Assembly: GCF_003334315.1 (NCBI RefSeq)
Contig: NZ_QOWR01000023.1
Origin: Escherichia coli
Lineage (GTDB): Bacteria > Pseudomonadota > Gammaproteobacteria > Enterobacterales > Enterobacteriaceae
Length of the DNA stretch: 64,000 bases
Strand: one strand, 5' to 3'
Under the pieces are notes generated by a model that had not been told where the DNA came from, ran no database searches, and saw only the letters and a program-made list of their open reading frames with translations. The position numbers and the translations under genes are program-made. Shown here piece by piece: positions 1-14,140 of this stretch. Every line of letters starts with the position of its first letter. Within the stretch, counting starts at the first letter, position 1.

Positions 1-505
1 CCGTCAATACATGTTAGGCGACAACGTGATGGTTGCGCCGGTGTTCACTGAAGCGGGCGATGTGCAGTTCTACCTGCCGGAAGGTCGCTGGACACACCTG
101 TGGCACAACGATGAACTCGACGGTAGTCGCTGGCATAAACAGCAGCACGGCTTCCTGAGTCTGCCCGTTTATGTGCGTGATAACACTCTACTGGCGCTGG
201 GCAACAACGATCAACGTCCCGATTACGTGTGGCACGAAGGCACGGCATTCCACCTCTTTAATCTGCAAGACGGGCATGAAGCCGTCTGTGAAGTACCCGC
301 TGCTGACGGATCGGTGATCTTTACTTTAAAAGCAGCACGTACTGGCAACACGATTACTGTGACTGGTGCGGGCGAGGCGAAGAACTGGACACTGTGCCTG
401 CGCAATGTTGTGAAAGTAAATGGTCTGCAAGACGGTTCGCAGGCTGAAAGTGAGCAGGGGCTGGTGGTGAAGCCTCAAGGGAATGCGCTGACAATTACGT
501 TGTAA
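1..505 (+). CDS. yicI: alpha-xylosidase (GH31), C-terminal fragment; 5' end lies outside the window
   Basis: ORF runs in frame from the window edge to the stop at 505; C-terminal beta-rich sequence typical of GH31; position upstream of yicH matches K-12 order. Confidence 0.75.
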   Translation, partial: RQYMLGDNVMVAPVFTEAGDVQFYLPEGRWTHLWHNDELDGSRWHKQQHGFLSLPVYVRDNTLLALGNNDQRPDYVWHEGTAFHLFNLQDGHEAVCEVPAADGSVIFTLKAARTGNTITVTGAGEAKNWTLCLRNVVKVNGLQDGSQAESEQGLVVKPQGNALTITL

Positions 506-557
506 TCTATTGATGGAATGCCGGGTACGTCTGAGTCGTACCCGGCGAGATTGATGT

Positions 558-2267
558 TTACCGCACCGGCTCCGTCGATGTAACTTCACCGCTGGAAACG
601 ATGCCAGCATTCATGGTTTGAGTCACTTGCTGCTTTGCGGCGTTCACGGCATGCAATTGCCCGCTAACCGTAGGTTTCAACGGGACATTGGCCTGAATAT
701 CGCCACTGGCGGTAAGCTGAATATTGCCGTCGCCAGTCAACGGTAATTCAGGCCATCCCCACTGTTGCAAAATATTCACCGGCACACCGCGTCCATTCAG
801 GCTGATATGTGTCTGACGTTGTGGCGTTTGTGAAACACTGGCGGTGGCTTCCAGAATGCCTTTTTCAGTAAATGCACTCAGTTCGCTGATATTCACCGTG
901 CTGCTGTTGGCGGTCAGCGCCAGCGACGGGCGACGAACATCAACACGATTGAATGTCGCGGCGGCGGCATTCAGATTCGCCGAGCCACTCCAGACGCCCC
1001 ATTTATGATCGGTAACCAGCGTCAGGTTGGCACCGTAACCATCGAGCGCGGTGAGCTGCCACGGGAAGTCAGGGTCGATATCAATGATCAGATTGCGGCT
1101 GGCGCTAAATCTCTTCAGTTGCAGGCTGTTTAACCAACCGGGTGTCGTTTCCATCCACAACTGTTGCCAGTTTTTCGGCAAGGTATATTCCAGCCCGGCA
1201 ATTGCCGCATCATCAAGGATCAACGTTTTCCCGTCACGCAGCCAGTTCCCTGACGTTCTGACCATACCCCCTTCCCAGCGGCTGGTGAACTGGCGCAGCG
1301 CTACGCCCTGCGGGGAAAATTCCGTGTTTATAATCGGGTCAAATAAATGCAGCGAACCATAAATGAACTCGCTAGCGTTCATCGACAGTTTGCCTTCCTG
1401 TGTCTGCCAGTCATCTTTACTGAAGGTCATGTTGCGCAAGCTGAGATCGAGGTCGGTCACCGCCCAGTCCGGACCTTGCAAACGAGCATCGATCACTTCC
1501 AGGCGACCAATCTGCAACGACGGGACAGAGCGTAATGGCGCAAAGAAGTCGGTTAGCGATTTTTCGCTTTGTAGACGTATATCCGCCATGCGCAGGTTTT
1601 CCACTTGCCAGCTGCCGTCGGCGTTACGCTGCGCGTTTCCGGTTAATGTCCCGCGGGCGATGTCGGCACCCAGGTTAGTCAGCGTAACGCGATCGTTATC
1701 AATACTGCCTTCAATCAGTACATTGGTGGCAGGAACATCATTGAGCGAAAGCGATCCGGCACTAAACTGAATCTGCGCCTTCGTACCCAGCACTTTACCG
1801 GCTTTTGGTGACCACGGAACTACGCCGCCATTTACCCGCTGCGCGCTCAGTTTCCATTCGCTATTCGGGCTATTAAACGCCATATCACGCAGTTGCAGAC
1901 GATCGGCTTTGAACGGTAGCGGCGCGGTCTGGTCGGTGAGATTCAGCGTCCCGTTTTCCAGCAGGATGGTATCGACATGGCGTGGTTCGGTCAGTTGCCG
2001 ACTGCTTAGCGCAATGTCGACACTTTTGGCCACCAGGGTCGCGGGCTGGCCATCACGACCAAACGTGACGTTCTCCAGCACGATATGAGATGGCGCGGAA
2101 AAACGGTGATCCATCGCCCCGAAGGCCAGATGATAGTCGCTATTCTCGGAAACCCATGCGCTGATATGTTCTGCTCCCCAGCGGGTTTGCAGAAGAAAAT
2201 AGAGGCCAGCGATCGCCACTAACAGAGCGATGAGAATGTAGAGAAGCAGCTTCCCAATAAATTTCAT
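558..2267 (-). CDS. yicH: AsmA-family inner-membrane protein
   Basis: 577-aa ORF track entry; start trimmed to MKFIGKLLLYILIALL, a signal-anchor N-terminus, giving 569 aa; synteny with xanP. Confidence 0.85.
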   Translation of the reverse strand: MKFIGKLLLYILIALLVAIAGLYFLLQTRWGAEHISAWVSENSDYHLAFGAMDHRFSAPSHIVLENVTFGRDGQPATLVAKSVDIALSSRQLTEPRHVDTILLENGTLNLTDQTAPLPFKADRLQLRDMAFNSPNSEWKLSAQRVNGGVVPWSPKAGKVLGTKAQIQFSAGSLSLNDVPATNVLIEGSIDNDRVTLTNLGADIARGTLTGNAQRNADGSWQVENLRMADIRLQSEKSLTDFFAPLRSVPSLQIGRLEVIDARLQGPDWAVTDLDLSLRNMTFSKDDWQTQEGKLSMNASEFIYGSLHLFDPIINTEFSPQGVALRQFTSRWEGGMVRTSGNWLRDGKTLILDDAAIAGLEYTLPKNWQQLWMETTPGWLNSLQLKRFSASRNLIIDIDPDFPWQLTALDGYGANLTLVTDHKWGVWSGSANLNAAAATFNRVDVRRPSLALTANSSTVNISELSAFTEKGILEATASVSQTPQRQTHISLNGRGVPVNILQQWGWPELPLTGDGNIQLTASGDIQANVPLKPTVSGQLHAVNAAKQQVTQTMNAGIVSSGEVTSTEPVR

Positions 2268-2387
2268 GGTCTTCCATCCCGTGAAATGCACATAAGGGAG
2301 TTATGCACGATTTACGCGCAATCCTCAAGGCGGGAATGGTTAAAGAGGTGAGACTGCGGCGGTAATTATCTTACCGCCGCCAGTGAA

Positions 2388-3779
2388 TTACTGTTTTTCT
2401 GGTGGGAAAATCAGATTCAGCACGATGGCAGTAATACCGCCCGCGGCGATCCCGGAGGAGAGCAGGTTTTTCAGCCATTCAGGGGCAAACTGCAAAATCA
2501 GCGGCTGCTGAGACACGCCCAGACCAACCGCCAGCGACAGCGCGATAATCAGAATCGCCCGACGGTTCAGCGGCTCACGAGAAACGATACGCACACCGGA
2601 GGCGGCGATGGTGCCAAACATTACAAGCGTTGCGCCGCCCAGAACCGGTTCTGGAATGTGTTGTACAAAACCGCTCACTGCCGGGAACAGACCCAGCACG
2701 ATCAACATCAGCGCGACGACAAAACCGACATAGCGGCTGGCAACACCAGTCAACTGGATCACTCCGTTGTTTTGCCCGAAGCAGGAGTTCGGGAAGGTGT
2801 TAAACACCGCCGAAACAAACGAGTTCAGGCCGTTTGCCAGCACGCCGCCTTTCAGGCGTTTCATGTACAGCGGACCGGACACTGGCTGTTCGGAAACGTC
2901 AGAGGTCGCCGTGATATCGCCAATGGTTTCCAGCGAAGTGATCATAAAGACCAGCATCAGCGGCAGCAGCAGACTCCATTCAATGCCAAGACCGTAATAG
3001 AGCGGCGTTGGCACCATAATCAGTTCTTGCGTCATAGGTTCGTTGCTTTCTGGCAACATGCCCATAAACCACGCCAGCGCATATCCGGCCGCCATCGCAA
3101 TTACCAGTGAGGCCACGCGTAAGTAAGGGTTACGTTGACGGTTAAGCAGGATAATTAAGGCTAAGACCACGCCTGCCAGCAGCAGATTTTTCGGTGCGCC
3201 GAAGGTGTTATCGCTCATGGCTGCGTAACCGCCGCCAATGGACGTTAACCCAACCTGAATTAGCGACAGGCCGATAATCATCACCACAACGCCAGAAACC
3301 AGCGGCGTAATAATGCGGCGCGCCAGATGCAGAACGCGGGAGATCACCATCTCGGTGCAACTTGCCAGCATCAACGTGCCGAACAAAGCCGCCATCATGG
3401 TAGGAACATCAGCACCACCGGTTTTCAGCGCGGTACCGCCCATAATCAGCGGGGCAACAAAGTTGAAGCTGGTGCCCTGAATAGACAACAGCCCGGAGCC
3501 AACCGGACCCCAGGCCTTAATTTGAATAATCGATGCCACACCGGAGGCAAACAGCGACATACTAATAATGTGTTGCGTGTCTTGTGCCGGTAAACCCAGC
3601 GCCTGGCAGATTAATAGCGCTGGCGTGATCACCGCAACGAACATCGCCAGCAGATGCTGACAGGCGGCAAACAGGGTTTGAGGAAGCGGCGGACGATCTT
3701 CAAGACGGTAAATCAGTTCGCTGTTTTGAGTCTGCGCAACCGGTTGCGCATTTTCTGACTCGAGGGTGGAAACAGACAT
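2388..3779 (-). CDS. xanP: xanthine:H+ symporter (NCS2 family)
   Basis: Polytopic membrane ORF; start trimmed to [12 protein letters not shown] gives 463 aa. Confidence 0.9.
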
Positions 3780-4058
3780 CGAAAACAATCCCGTGGTAGC
3801 AAAGCGGGCATTTTAGCTGACCGAAAGAGAAAAGCAAACGTTTGCCACATCCTCATCTAAATATTTAAATGAGATAAATGCACTTTTTTATATAACTTTT
3901 GGTATTTTTCTGCTTAAAATCCATGCCATTTGTTCATTAACAGCTGAGAATTTGACCCAGGAAAGCATAACTCGATACCCGTCATAGTTCATGAAGTTGC
4001 CACTGCGCGATGAAGTATGACGAGTATGAAAGAGTGATGCGGATACAAAGGAGTAACT

Positions 4059-5264
4059 ATGTTTCATCTCGATACTTTAGCAACGCTTGTTGCCGCAACG
4101 CTGACGTTGCTGCTCGGGCGTAAGTTGGTCCATTCCGTCTCCTTTTTGAAGAAATACACCATACCGGAACCTGTTGCGGGTGGTTTGTTGGTGGCGCTGG
4201 CGCTACTAGTACTGAAAAAAAGCATGGGCTGGGAAGTCAACTTTGATATGTCCCTGCGCGATCCGTTAATGCTGGCTTTCTTCGCCACCATTGGCCTGAA
4301 CGCCAACATTGCCAGTTTGCGTGCCGGTGGGCGTGTGGTTGGCATCTTCTTGATTGTGGTTGTTGGTCTGTTGGTGATGCAAAATGCCATTGGCATTGGT
4401 ATGGCTAGCTTGTTAGGGCTTGATCCGCTGATGGGGCTGTTGGCCGGTTCTATTACGCTTTCCGGCGGTCACGGTACGGGCGCTGCGTGGAGTAAATTGT
4501 TCATTGAACGTTATGGCTTCACCAATGCGACGGAAGTGGCGATGGCCTGTGCAACGTTCGGTCTGGTGCTGGGCGGCTTGATTGGCGGTCCGGTGGCGCG
4601 CTATCTGGTGAAACACTCCACCACGCCGAACGGTATTCCGGATGACCAGGAAGTCCCGACGGCGTTTGAAAAGCCGGATGTGGGACGCATGATCACCTCG
4701 TTGGTGCTGATTGAAACTATCGCGCTGATTGCTATCTGCCTGACGGTGGGGAAAATTGTTGCGCAACTTTTGGCTGGCACTGCTTTTGAACTGCCGACCT
4801 TCGTCTGTGTACTGTTTGTTGGCGTGATTCTGAGCAACGGTCTGTCAATAATGGGCTTTTACCGCGTCTTTGAGCGTGCGGTATCCGTGCTGGGTAACGT
4901 AAGCTTGTCGTTGTTCCTGGCGATGGCGTTGATGGGGCTGAAACTGTGGGAGCTGGCTTCGCTGGCGCTGCCGATGCTGGCGATTCTGGTGGTACAGACC
5001 ATCTTCATGGCGTTGTATGCCATCTTCGTTACCTGGCGCATGATGGGCAAAAACTACGATGCGGCAGTGCTGGCTGCGGGTCACTGTGGTTTTGGCCTCG
5101 GTGCAACGCCAACGGCAATCGCCAACATGCAGGCGATCACTGAACGCTTTGGCCCGTCGCACATGGCGTTTTTGGTGGTGCCGATGGTCGGTGCGTTCTT
5201 TATCGATATCGTCAATGCGCTGGTAATTAAGTTGTATTTGATGTTGCCGATTTTTGCCGGTTAA
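4059..5264 (+). CDS. gltS: sodium/glutamate symporter
   Basis: 401-aa hydrophobic ORF, MFHLDTLATLVAATLTLLLGRK N-terminus. Confidence 0.9.
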   Translation: MFHLDTLATLVAATLTLLLGRKLVHSVSFLKKYTIPEPVAGGLLVALALLVLKKSMGWEVNFDMSLRDPLMLAFFATIGLNANIASLRAGGRVVGIFLIVVVGLLVMQNAIGIGMASLLGLDPLMGLLAGSITLSGGHGTGAAWSKLFIERYGFTNATEVAMACATFGLVLGGLIGGPVARYLVKHSTTPNGIPDDQEVPTAFEKPDVGRMITSLVLIETIALIAICLTVGKIVAQLLAGTAFELPTFVCVLFVGVILSNGLSIMGFYRVFERAVSVLGNVSLSLFLAMALMGLKLWELASLALPMLAILVVQTIFMALYAIFVTWRMMGKNYDAAVLAAGHCGFGLGATPTAIANMQAITERFGPSHMAFLVVPMVGAFFIDIVNALVIKLYLMLPIFAG

Positions 5265-5307
5265 CCGATGAAGCGGCGGTAGAAGTGCCGCCGCAACAAA
5301 GACAAAT

Positions 5308-5339
5308 GCCTGATACGCTTCGCTTATCAAGCCTGCGTA
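5308..5339. repeat. degenerate REP-like palindromic element downstream of gltS
   Basis: gcctgatacgcttcgcttatcaagcctgcgta resembles the REP consensus GCCTGATGCG...CTTATCAGGCCTAC. Confidence 0.35.
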
Positions 5340-5432
5340 TTGATTCATAATTTATTGAATTTGTAGGGTGATGAATCGCATCCGGCAGGAAGGTAGGGTA
5401 ACCTGAAATGGCGGTCTTCTCACTGCCGCCTT

Positions 5433-7514
5433 TTACGCATTCGAGTAACGTTCCGTCTCCGGCATCCAGCGTTCTATCAGGGCTTTTGCCTGTTGTGGGT
5501 AACGTTCGTGAATATGGCGTGCCAGGCGCTGAACTTCCGGGATCATCGCCTGATCGCGCAGTAAATCCGCCACTTTAAATTCAGCATTACCCGTCTGACG
5601 CGTGCCTAACAATTCGCCAGGGCCGCGAATCTCCAGATCTTTTTGCGCAATCACAAAACCGTCGTTACTGTCGCGCAGCACTTGCAGGCGAATTTGCGCC
5701 GTTTTAGAAAGCGGCGTTTTGTAGAGCAGCACGCAGTGAGAAGCCACCGCGCCACGACCTACGCGCCCGCGCAGCTGGTGTAACTGCGCCAGACCCAGAC
5801 GCTCCGGGTTTTCGATAATCATCAGACTGGCGTTAGGCACATCAACGCCGACTTCAATAACGGTTGTGGCAACCAGCAGGTGTAGCTCACCTTGTTTAAA
5901 CGACGCCATCACCGCCTGTTTCTCGGCAGGTTTCATCCGCCCGTGTACCAGGCCAACGTTCAACTCTGGTAGCGCCAGTTTCAACTCTTCCCAGGTAGCT
6001 TCCGCCGCCTGCGCTTCCAGCAATTCCGACTCTTCAATCAACGTACAAACCCAGTATGCCTGACGACCTTCAGTTATGCAGGCGTGGTGCACGCGGTCAA
6101 TGATGTCGGTACGGCGGGTATCAGGAATAGCGACCGTAGTCACTGGCGTGCGGCCTGGCGGCAGCTCATCTATCACCGAGGTATCGAGATCGGCATACGC
6201 AGTCATTGCCAGCGTGCGGGGGATCGGCGTGGCGGTCATGATCAACTGATGCGGATGGAAGCCCTGCTGCTGGCCTTTCTCCCACAATGCCAGACGCTGA
6301 TGCACGCCAAAACGATGCTGTTCGTCGATAATCACCAGCGCCAGGCCGTTAAACTGCACCTGTTCCTGGAAGATGGCGTGTGTACCGACAATCATCTGCA
6401 CCTGACCGCTGGCGATGGCTTCCTGCTGTGCCAGCCGTGCTTTACCTTTCTGCTTACCGGCGAGCCAGCCCACTTCGATACCGAGCGGTGCAAACCAGTT
6501 GCGGAAGTTATTGGCGTGCTGCTCGGCGAGTAATTCGGTTGGTGCCATCAATGCTACCTGTTTGCCGTGGGCAATCGCACGCAACGCGGCGAGGGCGGCG
6601 ACCAGCGTTTTACCGGAACCTACATCGCCCTGCACCAGACGCATCATCGGCACATCCAGCGCCATATCGCGCTCGATCTCCGCCACTACGCGTGCCTGTG
6701 CGCCCGTTGGCTTGAACGGTAAGGCGGCGAGGAGTTTATTTTTCAGCGTGTCATTGGCGCTCAGCGGCTGGGCATGAAAACGCTGTGCTCCGGCACGTAA
6801 GGCTAACATGCTGAGGTTGTGCGCCAGCAGTTCTTCCAGAATCAGACGACGTTGCGCCGGATGCTGCCCGGTTTCCAGATCGCTAAGCTGTAGCGTCGGT
6901 GGCGGGCGGTGCAAAGTGCGCAACGCTTCCGGTAGCGTCATCATTCCTTGTGACAGTTCCGGCGGCAGGAGTTCTTCAATGGCGCAGGTGTCGAGCAGAT
7001 CCAGCGCCTGGTCGGTTAATTTACGCAGCGTGGCCTGCTTTACGCCTTCCGTTGTTGGATAAACCGGCGTGAGCGTTTCCTGTAATTCTGGCGTGCTGAG
7101 ATCGCCCTGCACGCGGTATTCCGGGTGGATCATCTCCGCACCATATTTACCGCGCTTTGCTTCGCCATAAGCCAGTACACGGCGGCCCGCCGCCAGGCTA
7201 TTTTTCATTGCCGCGCTGAAATTGAAAAAGCGCATGGTGAGGATGCCGGAACCGTCGCTGATCTGGCAGGTCATCATCCGCCGACCGCCGAAGGAGATAT
7301 TGCAGTTCAGCACTTCGCCTTCCACCGTGGCATAAACGCCCGGCAGTAGTTCTCCGATGGGGTAGAGATGGGTGCGATCTTCGTAGCGCAGGGGAAGGTG
7401 TAAGAGTAGATCCTGCACGGTATGCAGGTTGATTTTCGCCAGTTTGTTACTAAGTGCTGCGCCAACGCCCGTTAGGGAACTGAGTGGGACAGCATCTAAC
7501 AGGCGACCTTTCAT
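5433..7514 (-). CDS. recG: ATP-dependent DNA helicase RecG
   Basis: ORF track 5433..7547; start trimmed to MKGRLLDAVPLSSLTGVG (693 aa); helicase motifs GSGKT, DEQHRFG. Confidence 0.95.
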   Translation of the reverse strand: MKGRLLDAVPLSSLTGVGAALSNKLAKINLHTVQDLLLHLPLRYEDRTHLYPIGELLPGVYATVEGEVLNCNISFGGRRMMTCQISDGSGILTMRFFNFSAAMKNSLAAGRRVLAYGEAKRGKYGAEMIHPEYRVQGDLSTPELQETLTPVYPTTEGVKQATLRKLTDQALDLLDTCAIEELLPPELSQGMMTLPEALRTLHRPPPTLQLSDLETGQHPAQRRLILEELLAHNLSMLALRAGAQRFHAQPLSANDTLKNKLLAALPFKPTGAQARVVAEIERDMALDVPMMRLVQGDVGSGKTLVAALAALRAIAHGKQVALMAPTELLAEQHANNFRNWFAPLGIEVGWLAGKQKGKARLAQQEAIASGQVQMIVGTHAIFQEQVQFNGLALVIIDEQHRFGVHQRLALWEKGQQQGFHPHQLIMTATPIPRTLAMTAYADLDTSVIDELPPGRTPVTTVAIPDTRRTDIIDRVHHACITEGRQAYWVCTLIEESELLEAQAAEATWEELKLALPELNVGLVHGRMKPAEKQAVMASFKQGELHLLVATTVIEVGVDVPNASLMIIENPERLGLAQLHQLRGRVGRGAVASHCVLLYKTPLSKTAQIRLQVLRDSNDGFVIAQKDLEIRGPGELLGTRQTGNAEFKVADLLRDQAMIPEVQRLARHIHERYPQQAKALIERWMPETERYSNA

Positions 7515-7519
7515 GGCAC

Positions 7520-8209
7520 TTACCCTGCAGCCTGCATAGTAGCCCACCAGTCGGCATCAGCTTCGATCTCGCCTTGCTGATTGACGTGGGGATAAGGCAG
7601 GCCTTTGCGTTTTGCGACTTTCGCCAGCACCGGATAGCCGCCTTCAAACAACAGGCGTTGTTGCTCTGCTTCCGGCAACATGCTGTTTTCACGCAGGTAC
7701 ATGCCTGCATTTTGCCGCTGACGCTGGGCTTCGTAAAGAATGAGGGCTGAGGCAACGGAAACATTCAGCGACTGCACCATGCCGATCATCGGAATGATGA
7801 TGTCCTGATCCGCCAGGGCCAATGCTTCCTGCGTGATGCCCGTTTTCTCCTGTCCCATCAAAATGCAGGTCGGGCGAGTGTAATCAATTTCGCGGAAATC
7901 GACAGCGTTATCAGAAAGATGGGTTGCCAGAATCTGCATGCCCTGGCCTTTGAGATGAGCGACGGCATCGCCAATGGTGCGGTGTGTTTTCACCTGTACC
8001 CAGCTGTTACTACCCGCCGCTGCCGAAGCCATGGTGCGCATGCGGCTACCAGGCCAGACGGCGTGAACTTCATGTACGCCAACGGCATCTGCGGTACGAA
8101 TAATCGCAGAAACGTTATGAGGTTTGTGGACCTGCTCCATGCAGACGGTCAGATCAGGCTGCCGCCTGGCGAGCATTTCGCAGATGCGTGCATAACGTGT
8201 TGGGTTCAT
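7520..8209 (-). CDS. trmH: tRNA (Gm18) 2'-O-methyltransferase
   Basis: 229-aa SpoU-family ORF MNPTRYARICEMLARRQPDL; between spoT and recG. Confidence 0.95.
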   Translation of the reverse strand: MNPTRYARICEMLARRQPDLTVCMEQVHKPHNVSAIIRTADAVGVHEVHAVWPGSRMRTMASAAAGSNSWVQVKTHRTIGDAVAHLKGQGMQILATHLSDNAVDFREIDYTRPTCILMGQEKTGITQEALALADQDIIIPMIGMVQSLNVSVASALILYEAQRQRQNAGMYLRENSMLPEAEQQRLLFEGGYPVLAKVAKRKGLPYPHVNQQGEIEADADWWATMQAAG

Positions 8210-8215
8210 AAAACA

Positions 8216-10324
8216 TTAATTTCGGTTTCGGGTGACTTTAATCACGTCTGGCATCACGCGGATTTTGCGCATGATATTCGCCAGATGCACACGGTCACGA
8301 GCGGTCAGACGAATAAAGGCGCTGTAGACGCGACCATCTTTCTCTTCCGTATTCAAACTTTGAATATTCGAAGTCGTGGTGTTAATTGCCGCCGTCAGGT
8401 TTGCCAGCGCACCCTGATGATTGAACATCTCCACCTTGATTTCGGTGATGAACTCCTGCGCCGTCTCTTTATCCCATTCCACAGCCATAAACTTCTCTGG
8501 CTCTTTCTGGTAGCCACGGATATTACGGCAGGATTCATGGTGGATCACCAGACCTTTACCGGGGCTGACGTGGGCGATAATCGGGTCGCCAGGAATAGGG
8601 CGGCAGCATTTCGCAAAGGTGATCAGCACGCCATCGGCACCTTTAATGGGCAGATGTCCGTGGCTTTGGGTTGCCGGTGGAATGGAGGCGTCCCCATGTT
8701 GCAGATTTTTCGCGACCACCACGCTCATTGCGTTACCAAGTCCGATTTCTGCCAGCAGATCGTCAAGCGTTGCCAGCTTCATGCGATCCAGCTCGCGCTG
8801 AATATTTTCCTGCGGGATTTCATTCAGCTTACGGCTACCACCCAAAGCATGGTTGAGCAGACGACGGCCCAGGCTTACAGAATCATCACGCTTGAGGTTT
8901 TTCAGCAACTGACGAATTTTGGCGCGCGCTTTCGAGCTAACGACAAAGTTCAGCCAAGCGGCATTCGGGCGAGCGCCCGGAGCGGTAATGATTTCAACGG
9001 TTTGACCGCTGGTAAGCGGCTGCGACAGCGGGTAAGGCTGGCGGTCAACGCGTGCGCCCACGCAGGCATGACCGATATCGGTATGCACTGCATAAGCGAA
9101 GTCGACGGGCGTTGCACCGGCAGGCAGCTCGACAATGCGCCCTTCCGGTGTGAAAACGTAAATCTCATCCGGGAAGAGATCGGATTTAACGCTCTCGATA
9201 AATTCAAACGAACTACCGGCGCTCTGTTGCAGCTCCAGCAGGCTTTGCATCCAGCGCTGGGCGCGGATTTGTGCGGTAGTACTGGTTTCGCCGTGCTCTT
9301 TATAAGCCCAGTGCGCGGCAACACCCATCTCCGCCATCTGGTCCATATCTTCGGTACGGATCTGGACCTCAACCGGCACACCGTGCGGGCCGATCATCGA
9401 GGTGTGCAAAGACTGATAGCCGTTCGCTTTTGGAATGGCGATATAGTCTTTCACGCGGCCCGGACGCGGCTTGTACAGGCTGTGCATCTGGCCCAGCACG
9501 CGATAACAGGTGTCAGAATCATTGACGATCACGCGGAAAGCGTAGATGTCCATGATCGAGTGAAAACGCTGCTCTTTGAGCACCATTTTGCAGTAAATCG
9601 AATAAAGATGCTTCTCGCGACCACTGACGCGGCACGGTATTCCCGCTTCCTGCAAACGCCCTTCGATTTCAGAAAGAATCTTCTGGATCATCTCTTTACG
9701 GTTGCCGCGCGCGGCTTTCACCACTTCTTTGATTACGCGATAACGGTTGGGATACAGCGCCTCAAAACCCAGCTCTTCGAGTTCGGTTTTAATGTGGTGG
9801 ATACCTAAACGGTGCGCCAGCGGGCTATAAATTTCGAGAGTTTCACGGGCGATGCGGCGACGTTTGTCCGGGCGAAGTGAGCCCAGCGTGCGCATGTTGT
9901 GGGTACGGTCGGCAAGTTTGATGAGGATGACGCGGATATCCTGCACCATCGCCATAATCATCTTGCGAAAGTTTTCGGCCTGCGCCTCTTTCTTATCGCG
10001 GAACTTGAGTTTATCAAGTTTCGACACCCCCTCTACCAGCTCGGCGACGCTTTTACCAAAAAGCTGTTCCATATCCTGGTAGGTGGCGGGAGTATCTTCA
10101 ATCACGTCATGCAGCAGCGCCGCCATCAGCGTTTCATAGTCGAGTTTCATCTCGGCCAGAATGCAGGCAACCGCTACCGGGTGCGTGATATAGGGTTCAC
10201 CGCTTGAACGTGTTTGCCCCTCGTGAGCATCACGTGCAACGAGATACGCCTGCCGCAGACGCTTGATTTGGTCTTCCGGCAGGTAGGTTTGAATCAGTTG
10301 ATTCAGGCTTTCAAACAGATACAA
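8216..10324 (-). CDS. spoT: bifunctional (p)ppGpp synthetase/hydrolase SpoT
   Basis: 702-aa ORF MYLFESLNQLIQTYLPEDQIKRLRQAY with HD domain (HDVIEDT) and RelA/SpoT domains. Confidence 0.97.
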   Translation of the reverse strand: MYLFESLNQLIQTYLPEDQIKRLRQAYLVARDAHEGQTRSSGEPYITHPVAVACILAEMKLDYETLMAALLHDVIEDTPATYQDMEQLFGKSVAELVEGVSKLDKLKFRDKKEAQAENFRKMIMAMVQDIRVILIKLADRTHNMRTLGSLRPDKRRRIARETLEIYSPLAHRLGIHHIKTELEELGFEALYPNRYRVIKEVVKAARGNRKEMIQKILSEIEGRLQEAGIPCRVSGREKHLYSIYCKMVLKEQRFHSIMDIYAFRVIVNDSDTCYRVLGQMHSLYKPRPGRVKDYIAIPKANGYQSLHTSMIGPHGVPVEVQIRTEDMDQMAEMGVAAHWAYKEHGETSTTAQIRAQRWMQSLLELQQSAGSSFEFIESVKSDLFPDEIYVFTPEGRIVELPAGATPVDFAYAVHTDIGHACVGARVDRQPYPLSQPLTSGQTVEIITAPGARPNAAWLNFVVSSKARAKIRQLLKNLKRDDSVSLGRRLLNHALGGSRKLNEIPQENIQRELDRMKLATLDDLLAEIGLGNAMSVVVAKNLQHGDASIPPATQSHGHLPIKGADGVLITFAKCCRPIPGDPIIAHVSPGKGLVIHHESCRNIRGYQKEPEKFMAVEWDKETAQEFITEIKVEMFNHQGALANLTAAINTTTSNIQSLNTEEKDGRVYSAFIRLTARDRVHLANIMRKIRVMPDVIKVTRNRN

Positions 10325-10342
10325 GGGCGACCCGCTTTGTGA

Positions 10343-10618
10343 TTAACGACGACCTTCAGCAATAGCGGTAACGGCTTGTAATTCAGCGGCTTCCTGCTCT
10401 TGCTGTTCCTGGCGTTCGCGAACGTCGAGGATCTGGTTGTTGATCAGACCTTCTTCGATTTCGCGCAGCGCGATTACAGTGGTTTTATCGTTTTCTTCCG
10501 GTACCAGCGGATCCTTTCCGCCTACCTGCATCTGACGAGCGCGACGCGCGGCGACCAGTACCAGGTCAAAACGGTTACCAATTTTCTCTACAGCGTCCTG
10601 AACAGTTACGCGTGCCAT
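10343..10618 (-). CDS. rpoZ: RNA polymerase omega subunit
   Basis: 91-aa [32 protein letters not shown]. Confidence 0.97.
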
Positions 10619-10672
10619 ACTTAAAAAGCTCCACAGGTGAAGAAATGACTGGGCATGATACTGAAATCAGGT

Positions 10673-13850
<3,178 letters not shown>

Positions 13851-14140
13851 GGTTCTCTCCCTAAAAATCTGTCTGGCAGGGTAGCGATTTGTGCGCATTG
13901 TCACGATTGAGATTTTTTAAGGTGAGGGGAAATTGATAACTTGTAGTTATGTGAAATCGCTATTTTCTGTAGCAGAGATGCATTCTTCTGACTTCTTGTC
14001 TGAGAAAATGCATAAGAAAAAATAGGTTAAAACTGAGGGGGGAAAAGAAAGGTGCAATATTTAGCCATTGTGTTCACTGCACCTGGACCTTGGCTTACGC
14101 ATCGGGTGTCTCAATCAACAAAAAGAGTTTTTAGTTTCTG

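Noticed and set aside
5400-5433. Hairpin ggcggtcttctcactgccgcc followed by TTTT, as a gltS terminator
   Set aside because: It sits about 140 bp past the gltS stop and abuts the recG stop; a terminator role is possible, but the assignment is too uncertain to list.
7919-9808. 629-aa ORF on the plus strand
   Set aside because: Lies entirely antisense to spoT, whose identity is unambiguous; it is a shadow ORF with no recognisable domains.
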